NCBI GenBank assembly: GCA_965228875.1
Contig: OZ245843.1
Coordinates: forward strand, 4,384,616 to 4,448,615
Direction: 5' to 3'
Source of the DNA: Thalassobaculaceae bacterium
GTDB lineage: Bacteria; Pseudomonadota; Alphaproteobacteria; Thalassobaculales; Thalassobaculaceae
DNA length: 64,000 nucleotides
Shown here piece by piece: positions 32,577-42,540 of this stretch. The translations under genes and the position numbers were made by a program. Under the pieces are notes generated by a model. That model was not told the origin of the DNA. It did no database searches and saw nothing but the letters and a program-made list of their open reading frames with translations. Each line of letters starts with the position of its first letter. Position 1 is the stretch's first letter.

Positions 32577-33619
32577 GCCGGCTCCCCTTCCTCGCGTTCG
32601 GCGGCCTCCTCCTCGTCCAGGCGCGCCTTGCGGCCACCGCGGACATGCTCCATCAGCAGGCCGAGCGCCTCGCGCACGCCGGTTCCGGCGGCACTGGACA
32701 GAGCCATCGGTCGCTGGCCGGTCTCCTCCTCGAACAGATCCCGCAGCGCCTCGACATCCTCGGCCAGCAGGGCGTCGGCCTTGCTGAATGCCAGGATCTC
32801 GGGCTTGTCCTCCAGGTCGCCGCCATAGGCCGCCAGTTCCGCGCGCACGGTCCGCCAGGCGGCGGCGGGATCCTCGCCGGTGGCGTCGATCAGGTGCAGC
32901 AGCACGCCGCAGCGCTCGATATGGCCGAGGAACCGGTCGCCGAGGCCGGCGCCCTCGTGCGCGCCCTCGATCAGTCCGGGAATGTCGGCCAGCACGAGTT
33001 CCTCGTCGCCGAGCCGGACGACGCCGAGCCCGGGGTGCAGGGTCGTGAAGGGGTAGTCGGCCACCTTCGGCTTGGCGGCGGTGACGGCGGACAGGAAGGT
33101 CGACTTGCCGGCGTTGGGCAGGCCGACCAGTCCGGCGTCGGCGATCAGCTTGAGGCGCAGCCAGACCCACATTTCCTGTCCGGGCCAGCCGGGGGTGGTC
33201 TTGCGCGGCGCCCGGTTGGTCGACGACTTGAACCGGGCGTTGCCGAAACCGCCGTCGCCGCCGGTGGCGAGGGTGACGCGCTGGCCGACCTCGGTCATGT
33301 CGGCGAGCAGCGTCTCGTAGTCCTCGTCCCAGATCTGGGTGCCCACGGGCACGCGCAGCACGGTGTCCTTGCCCGACGCGCCGGTCATGTCCCGTCCCAT
33401 GCCGGGCCGGCCGTTCTCGGCCTTGAAGTGCTGCTGATAGCGGAAGTCGATGAGCGTGTTCAGGGCGGCGACGCACTCGACGACCACATCGCCGCCGCGC
33501 CCGCCATCGCCGCCGTTCGGCCCGCCGAACTCAATGAAGGCCTCGCGCCGGAAGCTGAGACAGCCCGGACCGCCATGCCCGCTGCGCATATAGACCTTGG
33601 CCTGATCGAGGAACTTCAC
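32564..33619 (-). CDS. obgE: GTPase Obg/CgtA
   Basis: GTG start, [27 protein letters not shown]. Confidence 0.98.
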   Translation of the reverse strand: MKFLDQAKVYMRSGHGGPGCLSFRREAFIEFGGPNGGDGGRGGDVVVECVAALNTLIDFRYQQHFKAENGRPGMGRDMTGASGKDTVLRVPVGTQIWDEDYETLLADMTEVGQRVTLATGGDGGFGNARFKSSTNRAPRKTTPGWPGQEMWVWLRLKLIADAGLVGLPNAGKSTFLSAVTAAKPKVADYPFTTLHPGLGVVRLGDEELVLADIPGLIEGAHEGAGLGDRFLGHIERCGVLLHLIDATGEDPAAAWRTVRAELAAYGGDLEDKPEILAFSKADALLAEDVEALRDLFEEETGQRPMALSSAAGTGVREALGLLMEHVRGGRKARLDEEEAAEREEGEPAWTP

Positions 33620-33671
33620 GTCATGTCCTCCGCGACCGCGCGGGGAAGACAGCATCCTGCGCGCGGATACG

Positions 33672-33699
33672 AAAAAAGGGAACGGCGAACCGTTCCCTT
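33672..33699 (-). terminator. Intrinsic terminator after rpmA
   Basis: Minus strand AAGGGAACGG-TTCG-CCGTTCCCTT followed by a T run. Confidence 0.8.
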
Positions 33700-33728
33700 C
33701 CAGGCCGCTCCGGACATCCGGGGCGGCG

Positions 33729-34013
33729 TTACTCGGCCGGCGCCTCCGCGGCGTCGACGGTGGCCACCGGCGCGACCCCGATGAAGGTCTTGCCACGGGT
33801 GTGGCGGAACTCGACGGTGCCCTCGACCTTGGCGAAGATCGTGTGATCCTTGCCCATGCCGACATTGGCGCCGGGGTGGAACTTGGTGCCGCGCTGGCGG
33901 ACCAGGATGTTCCCCGGGATGACGGCCTCGCCGCCGAACTTCTTCACGCCCAGGCGGCGACCCTCTGAGTCGCGGCCGTTACGGGAGCTACCGCCTGCCT
34001 TTTTATGGGCCAT
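33729..34013 (-). CDS. rpmA: 50S ribosomal protein L27
   Basis: [16 protein letters not shown]. Confidence 0.99.
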   Translation of the reverse strand: MAHKKAGGSSRNGRDSEGRRLGVKKFGGEAVIPGNILVRQRGTKFHPGANVGMGKDHTIFAKVEGTVEFRHTRGKTFIGVAPVATVDAAEAPAE

Positions 34014-34035
34014 GGGTCTACTCTCCTCTGACTAC

Positions 34036-34353
34036 TCAGGCGCCGGCACGGATGTCGGTCACGCGCAGCACGGTGACCGGCTGGCGATGACCGCGGGTGC
34101 GGCGATGGTTCTTGCGGCGGCGCTTCTTGAAGATCGTGATCTTCGGACCCTTGCGCTGGTCCACGACTTCGGCGGCGACGGAAGCACCGGTGACCAGGGG
34201 CGCGCCGACGGTCACCTTGGCGTCGTCGCCGACCATCAGAACCTGGTCGAGCTCGACCGTGGCGCCGGCCTCGGCGTCGAGCTTCTCGACCTTGATTACG
34301 TCCCCGGAGGCGACCTTGTACTGCTTGCCGCCGGTTTTAACGACTGCGAACAT
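34036..34353 (-). CDS. rplU: 50S ribosomal protein L21
   Basis: [14 protein letters not shown]...GHRQ. Confidence 0.99.
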   Translation of the reverse strand: MFAVVKTGGKQYKVASGDVIKVEKLDAEAGATVELDQVLMVGDDAKVTVGAPLVTGASVAAEVVDQRKGPKITIFKKRRRKNHRRTRGHRQPVTVLRVTDIRAGA

Positions 34354-34588
34354 CGGCTCGATCCTGGCAAAACAACTGGGCGCGCCGAACTGCCGGCACG
34401 CAACGGAGCGCGCACTATACGGATCGCGCCCGCCCTGTCAACACGCCCTGTGTGTCGCCGGACGCGGAATCTCCACGGAAAGAAATCGGGGAAAGAAATC
34501 GGACCGTCGAATGCACTGCAGCGTGCATCCAGGCTTGCATCGCGCAACGGCTTTGACTAGGTTCGCCGCCTGCCGCGACAGAGCCAGT

Positions 34589-34678
<90 letters not shown>

Positions 34679-34699
34679 GTTTCCGCCAGAGGCGGAAAC
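34679..34699 (+). terminator. Hairpin directly after tRNA-Ser
   Basis: GTTTCCGCC-AGA-GGCGGAAAC perfect 9-bp stem; no strong U tail. Confidence 0.5.
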
Positions 34700-34890
34700 T
34701 CCATAAATCATGTCGATATCCTAGGTCCGGATCAGTCCCGCCGCCTGCGCGGGTTCTTCGCGCGGAGCGGCTTCGGCCCGGCACGCCGAATGGCGTCCGG
34801 ACAGCGGCCGCTCGTTCTCTGCCCCCGCGCAGTCTCTGATCCTGCTCGTGGCCGTCGGCCGCCGTCCCCGGTCTCTACCCTGCGATGTCT

Positions 34891-35490
34891 CTACTGCCAG
34901 CCCGGGACCCCGGACATGTCTGGCAGATCGTGGGCGATGCCCTTGTGGCAGTCGATGCAGGTCCTGTCGCCCGCGACCAGGAGCGATCGGTGCGCGTTTG
35001 CCGCGCGCGGACTCTGGCGCGTGAAGTCCATGGACTCCTCGCTGTGGCAGTTCCGGCACTCCAGCGAGTCGTTGGTCTTCAGGCGATGCCATTCGTGCTG
35101 CGCCAGGCGCAGGCGCTCCTCAAGGAACTCGTCGCGGGTGTCGATCGTGCCGAAGATCGCGCCCCAGACCTCCTTGGAGGCCTGCATCTTGCGCGCGATC
35201 TTGTCGGTCCAGTTGTGCGGGACGTGGCAGTCCGGGCACGTCGCCCGGACGCCGGAGGGGTTGGAGAAGTGCACCGTGGTCTGCAGCTCGACATAGACGT
35301 TGTCGCGCATCTCGTGGCAGCCGATGCAGAAGGTCTCCGTGTTCGTGGCTTCCAAGGCGGTGTTGAAACCGCCCCAGAACAGGATTCCGGCCAGGAAGCC
35401 ACCCACCGTCAGGGTACCGAGGCTGAGATGCACCGCCGGGCGACTGAGAGTCCGCCAATAGGTCAGCGCCAGAGTCCATAGCTTGCGCAT
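34891..35490 (-). CDS. napC: NapC/NirT tetraheme cytochrome c
   Basis: N-terminal TM; four CxxCH (CIGCH, CPDCH, CRNCH, CIDCH). Confidence 0.97.
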   Translation of the reverse strand: MRKLWTLALTYWRTLSRPAVHLSLGTLTVGGFLAGILFWGGFNTALEATNTETFCIGCHEMRDNVYVELQTTVHFSNPSGVRATCPDCHVPHNWTDKIARKMQASKEVWGAIFGTIDTRDEFLEERLRLAQHEWHRLKTNDSLECRNCHSEESMDFTRQSPRAANAHRSLLVAGDRTCIDCHKGIAHDLPDMSGVPGWQ

Positions 35491-35500
35491 GACGGCCGGC

Positions 35501-35968
35501 CTACTGGCGCCCGGCGGCGCTGATGAGCGTGTCGATGTCGACGAAGTCGTTCTCGACGATCGGACGGGCATCAAGCTGCGGCACGTGGCACTGGTTGCAG
35601 AAATAGCGCCGGGGGGAGACGGCCGCCAGGAACTGGCCCTCGCGGTCCATGAAATGGGTGATGCTCACCATCGGCGCGCCACTCTCCGCGGTGCGGGCGC
35701 GGGCATGGCAGGACAGGCACTGGTTGGCGTTGCGGTCCACCTGGTAGCCATCGATGTGATGCGGGATGGTGGGCGGTTGCTCGGGGTAGTTCCGCATCCG
35801 CCGGACGGCGCCGTCCTCCACGCGGGTCATGCGGGGGGAGAGGGCGTTTTCGGCCAGGGGCGCCTCCCCCCGCATGCCGGAGACCTCAGGCCGCCGGGTT
35901 TCCTGTGTGAAGGCGACCGAGGCCAGACTGACCAGCACTACGACTGTCGCCGCCGGAATTCGCAGCAT
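35501..35968 (-). CDS. napB: Periplasmic nitrate reductase diheme cytochrome c subunit
   Basis: [27 protein letters not shown]. Confidence 0.97.
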   Translation of the reverse strand: MLRIPAATVVVLVSLASVAFTQETRRPEVSGMRGEAPLAENALSPRMTRVEDGAVRRMRNYPEQPPTIPHHIDGYQVDRNANQCLSCHARARTAESGAPMVSITHFMDREGQFLAAVSPRRYFCNQCHVPQLDARPIVENDFVDIDTLISAAGRQ

Positions 35969-35993
35969 GGTTCCCTCCTGGCGATCCTGATGT

Positions 35994-38498
35994 TCAGACC
36001 TTCTCGATCCGGACGGCGCATTTCTTGAAGTCCGTCTGCTTCGAGATCGGGTCGGTGGCGTCGAGCGTGACTTTGTTGATGAGCTGGCTGGCGTCGAACC
36101 ACGGCACGAACACCAGGCCCCTGGGGGGGCGGTTGCGTCCGCGCGTCTCGACGCGGGTCCGCATGCGGCCGCGGCGGGAGATCACGGCGATCTCGTCCCC
36201 CCGACGCAGATCCAGCGAGCGGGCGTCCTCCGGATGCATGTAGCAGACCGCGTCCGGCACCGCCTTGTAGAGCTCCGGGACGCGCTGGGTCATCGATCCG
36301 GAGTGCCAGTGTTCCAGCACCCGGCCGGTCGACAGCCAAAACGGATAGTCGTCGTCCGGGCTCTCCGCCGGCGGCTCGTAGGGCAGGGCGAAGATCCGCG
36401 CCCGGCCGTCCTTGTGGCCGTAGAACTCCACACCGGCCCCCGCGGTGACGTAGGGATCGTACCCCTCGCGGTAGCGCCACCGGGTCTCCTTGCCGTCGAC
36501 CACCGGCCAGCGCAGGCCGCGCGCCTGGTGGTAGGTGTCGAAGGGGGCGAGGTCGTGGCCGTGATGGCGGCCGAATTCGGCGTACTCCTCGAACAGGCCC
36601 TTCTGGATGTAGAAGCCGAACGCCTCCGCTTCCCGGTTCTCGTAGTCGCCGGAGGTCTCCTCCAGCGGATACCGGTCGACCTGGCCGTTGGCGAAAAGCA
36701 CGTCGTACAGGGTCCTGTCGCGATACGCCGGCATCTGCGCCAGCAGGTCCTCCGGCCAGACTTCGTCCACCCGAAAGCGCTTGGAGAACTCCACGAGTTG
36801 CCAGAGATCGGAGCGGGCCTCGCCCGGCGCGTCCACGAGCTGGTGCCAGAACTGGGTGCGCCGCTCGGCGTTGCCGTAGGCGCCTTCCTTCTCCACCCAC
36901 ATGGCGGTGGGAAGGATCAGGTCGGCCGCCTCGCAGGTGACCGTCGGATAGGCGTCGGACACGACGATGAAGTTCTCCGGGTTCCGGTAGCCCGGAAGCG
37001 TCTCCTCCATCATGTTGGGCGCGGCCTGCATGTTGTTGTTGACCTGCACCCAGTAGGCGTTGAGTTCGCCGTCCCTGAGCTTCCGGTTCTGCAGGACCGC
37101 GTGATAGCCCGGCTTTTCCGGGATCGTGCCCGCCGGCAGCTTCCAGATCCTCTCGGCCGTCGCCCGGTGGTCAGGGTTGGTGACGACCAGATCGGCCGGC
37201 AGGCGGTGGGCGAACGTCCCGACCTCGCGCGCGGTGCCGCAGGCCGAGGGCTGGCCGGTCAGCGAGAACGGGCTGTTGCCCGGCTCGGCGATCTTTCCGG
37301 TCAGAAGATGGATGTTGTAGATCAGGTTGTTGGCCCAGACGCCTCGGGTGTGCTGGTTGAAGCCCATGGTCCAGAACGACGTCACCTTGACGTCCGGATC
37401 GGCGTAGAGCTCGGCCATCTCAAGCAGGCGCTCCTTCGGCACGCCCGACATCTCGTGCGCCTTGTCCAGCGTGTACTCGGAGACGAACTCGGCGAACTCG
37501 TCGAAGGTCATGTCCGTGGAGCCGCCGACGGCCCCGGCGTTCTTCGCCTTCCTCTCCAGCGGATGCTCCGGGCGCAGGCCGTAGCCGATATCGGTGTTGC
37601 CGCGCCGGAACACCGTATGCTTGTCGACGAAGGCGTGGTTGACCCGGCCGGTCTGGATGATGTGGTTGGCGATGAAGTTCAGCAGCACCAGGTCGGTCTG
37701 CGGCTTGAACACCATCGCGATGTCCGCGAGATCGAAGCACCGGTGCTCGAAGGTCGACAGCACGCCGACCTTCACATGCGGCGCGCTGAGACGTCTGTCG
37801 GTCACCCGCGTCCACAGGATCGGGTGCATCTCCGCCATGTTGGAGCCCCACAGGAAGAACGCGTCCGCCGCCTCGATGTCGTCGTAGCAGCCCATCGGCT
37901 CGTCCATGCCGAAGGTGCGCATGAAGCCGCCGACGGCCGAGGCCATGCAGTGGCGGGCGTTGGGGTCGATGTTGTTCGATCGGAACCCTGCCTTGAACAG
38001 CTTGGAGGCGGCGTACCCCTCCCAGACGGTCCATTGGCCGGAGCCGAACATGCCGACGGCGGAGGGACCCTTCTCCGCGAGGGCCTTCTTGAACTTCTCC
38101 GCCATGATGTCGAAGGCCTGGTCCCAGCTCACCGGGGTGAAGGCGCCATCCTTGGCGTACGCGCCGTCCCGCATGCGCAGCAGCGGCGTCGTCAGGCGAT
38201 CGCGGCCGTACATGATCTTCGACAGGAAGTAGCCCTTGACGCAGTTCAGGCCCCGGTTGACCTCGGCCTTGGCGTCGCCATGGGTGGCCACGACCCGGTT
38301 GTCCTTGGTGGCGACCATCACCGAGCAGCCGGTGCCGCAGAACCGGCAGGGTGCCTTCGACCACTTCAGGTCCGTCTGCGACCGGTCGGTGACCAGGTTC
38401 TGGGCCGCGGCGGGCGCCGCCAGACCCGCGGCCGCGGTCGCGGCCAGCAAAGCCTGCGCCTTGAGAACGTCCCGCCTGCTCGTTCTAACCTTGTTCAT
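35994..38498 (-). CDS. napA: Periplasmic nitrate reductase catalytic subunit
   Basis: Tat signal [15 protein letters not shown]...NCVKG 4Fe-4S motif, [24 protein letters not shown]. Confidence 0.99.
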   Translation of the reverse strand: MNKVRTSRRDVLKAQALLAATAAAGLAAPAAAQNLVTDRSQTDLKWSKAPCRFCGTGCSVMVATKDNRVVATHGDAKAEVNRGLNCVKGYFLSKIMYGRDRLTTPLLRMRDGAYAKDGAFTPVSWDQAFDIMAEKFKKALAEKGPSAVGMFGSGQWTVWEGYAASKLFKAGFRSNNIDPNARHCMASAVGGFMRTFGMDEPMGCYDDIEAADAFFLWGSNMAEMHPILWTRVTDRRLSAPHVKVGVLSTFEHRCFDLADIAMVFKPQTDLVLLNFIANHIIQTGRVNHAFVDKHTVFRRGNTDIGYGLRPEHPLERKAKNAGAVGGSTDMTFDEFAEFVSEYTLDKAHEMSGVPKERLLEMAELYADPDVKVTSFWTMGFNQHTRGVWANNLIYNIHLLTGKIAEPGNSPFSLTGQPSACGTAREVGTFAHRLPADLVVTNPDHRATAERIWKLPAGTIPEKPGYHAVLQNRKLRDGELNAYWVQVNNNMQAAPNMMEETLPGYRNPENFIVVSDAYPTVTCEAADLILPTAMWVEKEGAYGNAERRTQFWHQLVDAPGEARSDLWQLVEFSKRFRVDEVWPEDLLAQMPAYRDRTLYDVLFANGQVDRYPLEETSGDYENREAEAFGFYIQKGLFEEYAEFGRHHGHDLAPFDTYHQARGLRWPVVDGKETRWRYREGYDPYVTAGAGVEFYGHKDGRARIFALPYEPPAESPDDDYPFWLSTGRVLEHWHSGSMTQRVPELYKAVPDAVCYMHPEDARSLDLRRGDEIAVISRRGRMRTRVETRGRNRPPRGLVFVPWFDASQLINKVTLDATDPISKQTDFKKCAVRIEKV

Positions 38499-38799
38499 CA
38501 CCGACTCCTTCAGCATTCCCGTTCACCGCGTCCGCCGCCGGAGCGGGCGGGGACGCATCGATGTCGATCCCGTGAAAGACCAGGTTGCAGCTCAGGACGC
38601 CGGCGAGGCCCGTGAACCGGTGCGCCAGGTCGGCGATCGTTCCCTGATCGGGGCTCTCGAGCACGGCGATCAGCGTCCCGGTCGGATGTGTCACGGGCAC
38701 CTCCACGCCGGGCTCGGCCGCGACCATGGCGGCAAGCGATTGCAGCGCCGTCGGTCGGCACTGGATCAGCAGACTGGCGATGTGGCATTCGGTGCTCAT
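38485..38799 (-). CDS. napD: NapA signal-peptide chaperone
   Basis: HIASLLI...GTLIAVLE...[10 protein letters not shown]; directly upstream of napA. Confidence 0.9.
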   Translation of the reverse strand: MSTECHIASLLIQCRPTALQSLAAMVAAEPGVEVPVTHPTGTLIAVLESPDQGTIADLAHRFTGLAGVLSCNLVFHGIDIDASPPAPAADAVNGNAEGVGDEQG

Positions 38800-39326
38800 G
38801 CCGCCTCCGCGCACATAGTGATGGCGCCGACGGGGCAGGAGCCGGCACAGGCGCCGCAGCCGGTGCACTTGTCCGGATCGACCTCCGGGCGGGGCGGTCC
38901 GCCGAGACGCGGTCGGAACCGCATGGCGGCCTCGCCGCAGACGTCCCGACAGGCCTCGCAATGGACGCCGGCAGCGGCGAGGCAGCACCGATCGGAGATA
39001 GCGGGGCGTACGGTCCAGGCCGGGCCGCCGCTGGGCTCGAAGACCTCCGCGGTGCAGCTCCGGGCACACGCCCCGCAGAAGGTGCACTCGCCCGAACCGC
39101 TTCCGAAGTCGATCTCGGGGAAGCCGCCTTCGCCGGCGATGAGGATGTGTTCCGGACAGGCGTCGATGCAGTCACCGCAGCGTGTACAGGCATCGAGGAC
39201 GCGCCGGGTATCGGTCCATGGCGGACGGAGCGCCTCGGACGCCCGCGCCGCCGCCGGCCGAAGGGCGCCTGTCAGAAAGGCCCGGCGGGCGCGGTCGGGC
39301 CGGTCCGATGGCTGCGCTCGGGTCAT
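38796..39326 (-). CDS. napF: Ferredoxin-type protein NapF
   Basis: RRAFLTG...RPPW; repeated CxxCxxCxxxC(P) clusters. Confidence 0.94.
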   Translation of the reverse strand: MTRAQPSDRPDRARRAFLTGALRPAAARASEALRPPWTDTRRVLDACTRCGDCIDACPEHILIAGEGGFPEIDFGSGSGECTFCGACARSCTAEVFEPSGGPAWTVRPAISDRCCLAAAGVHCEACRDVCGEAAMRFRPRLGGPPRPEVDPDKCTGCGACAGSCPVGAITMCAEAA

Positions 39327-39487
39327 CCGGCCGGCGGTCCCGGCGGCCCGAGGAGGATCTGCGATATCCAGACGACGAACCCGTAGGCCCCGACGAACCC
39401 GACGGCGAGCCCGGGGAACACCACGAAGGTGGTCACCAGGAAGGCCATGACTTCCTGGCGTCGGGTTGCCGGCGGTTCGTCGCGCAT
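39323..39487 (-). CDS. napE: NapE small membrane protein
   Basis: FPGLAVGFVGAYGFVVWISQILLGPPGPP. Confidence 0.93.
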   Translation of the reverse strand: MRDEPPATRRQEVMAFLVTTFVVFPGLAVGFVGAYGFVVWISQILLGPPGPPAG

Positions 39488-39605
39488 ATTGCCTCGCGCA
39501 AGCCCGGACATCACGCTGAGCCCTCCCTAGTCGTTCGGCATTCTTTTTCGACGATCGAGCGTCGTTTGTTGTCGTCGACGCTACGCCGGCACCGGCTCGA
39601 CCGCC

Positions 39606-39619
39606 TTGACTTCGGTCAA
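39606..39619. promoter_or_regulatory. FNR/FixK/DNR-type box in the divergent napE / regulator promoter
   Basis: Perfect palindrome TTGAC-TTCG-GTCAA (consensus TTGAT-N4-ATCAA). Confidence 0.8.
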
Positions 39620-39678
39620 GCGCAACGATCTTCTGAGCCGAGCGTCTCAATTATTTCCCGCCGTCCGTCGGTACCGTC

Positions 39679-40377
39679 ATGCTCGCCGCTGAAGATCTCA
39701 GGGCCGCCACCCTCTTCTCACGTCTCTCGGATCCCGAGGTCGACGCCCTGATCCCGATCCTCCGGGTCCAAGACCTGCCCAAGGGGACGTCGCTGTTCCG
39801 CGAGGGGGAGCCGATGGACCGGCTCTATCTCGTCATCAGCGGCTGGGTCACGCTGTTCCGCGATACCAGCGCCGGCCAGCGCGTGGTCATCCGGGTCTTC
39901 GGTCCCGGCGAAACCCTGGCTGAGGCGGCGTTGTTCCTCGACAGTATGTTTCCGGTCAGCGGTGAGGTGGCGGAGAATGCCCGCCTGGCCTCCCTGGATC
40001 GTCGAGCGTTCGAGCGGCTGCTCACGACCTCACCGCGGGTTGCCACCGGCATGATCGCTTCGCTGGCCATGCACCTGCGTGCCCTGACGATCGAGATCGA
40101 ACAACTCAAGACCCGCACCGCCACGGAGCGCGTCGCAGCCTTTCTGCTTACATGCTGCCCCGACCGGGGGCAGGCGGACTGCAGTTTCGAGTTGCCCTAC
40201 GACAAGAGCCTGATCGCCCAGCGCCTGGGCATGCAACCGGAGAGCCTTTCCCGGAATCTGGCCAGACTTCGTTCACACGGGATCTCCGTGGACCGCAATC
40301 GGGTGATTGTCGGCTCTCCGGGGGCTTTGGAACAAGCTCTGCGATCCGGCGACCTCGGGCGGTCGTTGGCGGGCTAG
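39679..40377 (+). CDS. Crp/Fnr family regulator (DNR/NnrR-like, no N-terminal FNR Cys cluster)
   Basis: cNMP-binding-like domain; HTH with PESLSR recognition helix. Confidence 0.93.
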   Translation: MLAAEDLRAATLFSRLSDPEVDALIPILRVQDLPKGTSLFREGEPMDRLYLVISGWVTLFRDTSAGQRVVIRVFGPGETLAEAALFLDSMFPVSGEVAENARLASLDRRAFERLLTTSPRVATGMIASLAMHLRALTIEIEQLKTRTATERVAAFLLTCCPDRGQADCSFELPYDKSLIAQRLGMQPESLSRNLARLRSHGISVDRNRVIVGSPGALEQALRSGDLGRSLAG

Positions 40378-40587
40378 GACGCGCGGCCTGTTCTCGACGG
40401 AACTGTCGCCACCTGTGGTGGAAGACTTGTGCCGGAAGCCGGCCGGGTGGGTTGACGGAAGACCGCCGGGGGCCGCAGACTTCGTCCCGGGTTTCACCAA
40501 GGCATCAACCTGCGAAGGCGTCGGGGCCGGCACCGTTGCGTGCGATCCCTGAGCGTCGGATGAGGCAGGCGTCGAAAGGGGGCGGAC

Positions 40588-41043
40588 GTGGCGGTACGGT
40601 CTGTTTGGAGGACGATCGCTTGGTGGAGGACGGCGGCCGTTGCGGTCGCGCTGGCGACTGTTGCCGCCTTCTGGCCCTTCGACGCGCGGGCGGAGCAGAG
40701 GCTGGTCGTCGAACTGAACAAGCTCGAGAGTTTCGACGGCGGGTGCCGGACCTTCTTCCTCCTGCGCAACGCCGGGGGCGAGGCTTTCCAGTCGCTCGAC
40801 ATGTCGCTCGCGGTGCTGGACGGCGACGGCCGCATCGATCGCCTGCTGACCGTCGATGCGGCGCCCGTACCGGCGGACAGGACGAGCCTGAAGCTGTTCG
40901 AGATTCCTGACGTCGCCTGCGACGGCGTCGGCGAACTGCTCCTGTACGAGATCGGCGCGTGCGCGACCGGATCCGACGACGGCGGCGACTGTTTCGACAG
41001 GGTCGAGTTGCGGTCGCGGGCGTCGATCCCGTTCGTGAAATAG
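40588..41043 (+). CDS. Exported Cys-containing hypothetical protein upstream of exbB
   Basis: Signal peptide ending ARA; VELNKLE...GCR; four Cys residues. Confidence 0.75.
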   Translation: MAVRSVWRTIAWWRTAAVAVALATVAAFWPFDARAEQRLVVELNKLESFDGGCRTFFLLRNAGGEAFQSLDMSLAVLDGDGRIDRLLTVDAAPVPADRTSLKLFEIPDVACDGVGELLLYEIGACATGSDDGGDCFDRVELRSRASIPFVK

Positions 41044-41060
41044 CGCGCGACGGTCCTCCG

Positions 41061-41672
41061 ATGAGCATGTCTGCGATGATGGCTGCCGGAGGACCGATCG
41101 TTCTCCTTCTTCTGGTGCTCTCGGCGGTTTCGCTGGCGTTGATCGTCGCCAAGGCGGTGCAGATCGTCGGCGTCGCGCGTGGCCGGTCGACCCGGCTGGC
41201 GGCGGCTCGGGCCTGGGCCGAGAGCGGCGGCTCGGCGGCTGAGTTCGATGCCGGAGCCTTCGCCGGTCCGGTCGGACGCGTGTTCGAGGCCGCGGTTTCC
41301 GATCCGGCGGCGCCCGCGTCCACCCGCCACGCCCGTGCCGAGCGGGTCGCGCGCGGTGAACTGGCCGGGCTGCGCTCGACCCTCCGCCTGCTGGAGGTGA
41401 TCGCTGTGGTCAGCCCGCTGCTTGGCCTCCTCGGCACGGTCACCGGGCTGATCGAGGCGTTTCAGGCGTTGGAGCAGGTCGGCGGCGGAGCCAACGCCTC
41501 GGTCCTCTCCGGCGGTATCTGGCAGGCGCTGCTGACGACGGCGATGGGGCTGATCGTCGCCATCCCCGCGGCGGCGGCGGGCAATCTTCTGGACGCAAGG
41601 GTCGAGGCCGCCGCCGTCGAGATGGAAAACCTGGCGAGCGTGGTGTTCGGCGAAACGCTGGAAGCGCCTTAG
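41061..41672 (+). CDS. exbB: MotA/TolQ/ExbB proton channel protein
   Basis: SPLLGLLGTVTGLIEAF...GGIWQALLTTAMGLIVAIPA. Confidence 0.9.
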   Translation: MSMSAMMAAGGPIVLLLLVLSAVSLALIVAKAVQIVGVARGRSTRLAAARAWAESGGSAAEFDAGAFAGPVGRVFEAAVSDPAAPASTRHARAERVARGELAGLRSTLRLLEVIAVVSPLLGLLGTVTGLIEAFQALEQVGGGANASVLSGGIWQALLTTAMGLIVAIPAAAAGNLLDARVEAAAVEMENLASVVFGETLEAP

Positions 41673-41686
41673 GGGCGGGCGGACAG

Positions 41687-42121
41687 ATGCGGCTGACGCG
41701 ACGGCAGAGACCGAAAGCCCTGATCTCGCTGACGCCCCTGGTCGACGTCGTGCTGATCCTGCTGGTCTTCTTCATGGTGACCTCAAGCTACCTTGATCTC
41801 GACGCCTTTCCGCTGGTCGACCGGACCGACCGGCCAACCGCCGACGGCGCGGTGACGGGAGATGCCGGCGAAACCGAGGCAGGCGCACGGTCCTCCATGA
41901 TGATCCTGCGCCTGGGGGCGGACGAGATGGCGCGGGGGCCGGGATTCGCGGTACCGCTGGCGCGGATGGAAGAGGTTCGCCCGATCCTGGCGGAGTATCC
42001 CCGGATCGCGATCCTGCCCTCGGGTGGCGCCTCGCTTCAGGGGCTCGTGACCGCCCTGGACGCGCTGACGGCCATGGGGATGGCCGATGTCCAGATCGTC
42101 CGGATCGGGGGCCAGCCGTGA
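41687..42121 (+). CDS. exbD: ExbD/TolR family protein
   Basis: LTPLVDVVLILLVFFMV with conserved TM Asp. Confidence 0.88.
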   Translation: MRLTRRQRPKALISLTPLVDVVLILLVFFMVTSSYLDLDAFPLVDRTDRPTADGAVTGDAGETEAGARSSMMILRLGADEMARGPGFAVPLARMEEVRPILAEYPRIAILPSGGASLQGLVTALDALTAMGMADVQIVRIGGQP

Positions 42122-42522
42122 ACCTGCGTCAGGACCGCGCCCGAACCCCGTATGACAGCATCGCACCGCTGATAAATCTGTCGTTCCTGCTGCTGGTCTA
42201 CTTTCTCCTGATCGGCACATTCGATGCGAGTGCGCCGTTCGACGTCTACCCGCCGGTGGCGCGGACCGGCCAGGATCTGCCGGCCGGCGGGTCGGTCCTG
42301 AGTCTCTCGGCCGACGGCGATGTGGCGTTCGACGGCGAGACCGTCGAACGGGAGACTCTTGAAGCGGTGGCGCGCGCGGCGATCTCGGCGTCGCCGGAAA
42401 AGCGCTTCCTGCGGGTCAACGCCGATGGCCGGCTGCGCGTCCAAGAGATCCTGCCGCTGATCGACCTGATGGAGACGGCCGGAGCGACGACGGTGGTCCT
42501 GGTCGTCACTCCGCCCGGCTGA
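42118..42522 (+). CDS. exbD: Second ExbD/TolR family protein
   Basis: IAPLINLSFLLLVYFLL, RVNAD; Asn at the TM Asp position. Confidence 0.85.
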   Translation: MNLRQDRARTPYDSIAPLINLSFLLLVYFLLIGTFDASAPFDVYPPVARTGQDLPAGGSVLSLSADGDVAFDGETVERETLEAVARAAISASPEKRFLRVNADGRLRVQEILPLIDLMETAGATTVVLVVTPPG

Positions 42523-42540
42523 CCGGATGGGGGGCGGGTC

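Noticed and set aside
34700..34890. Possible ncRNA or att remnant between tRNA-Ser and napC
   Set aside because: GC-rich with short stems but no recognisable family or clear repeat partner in the window.
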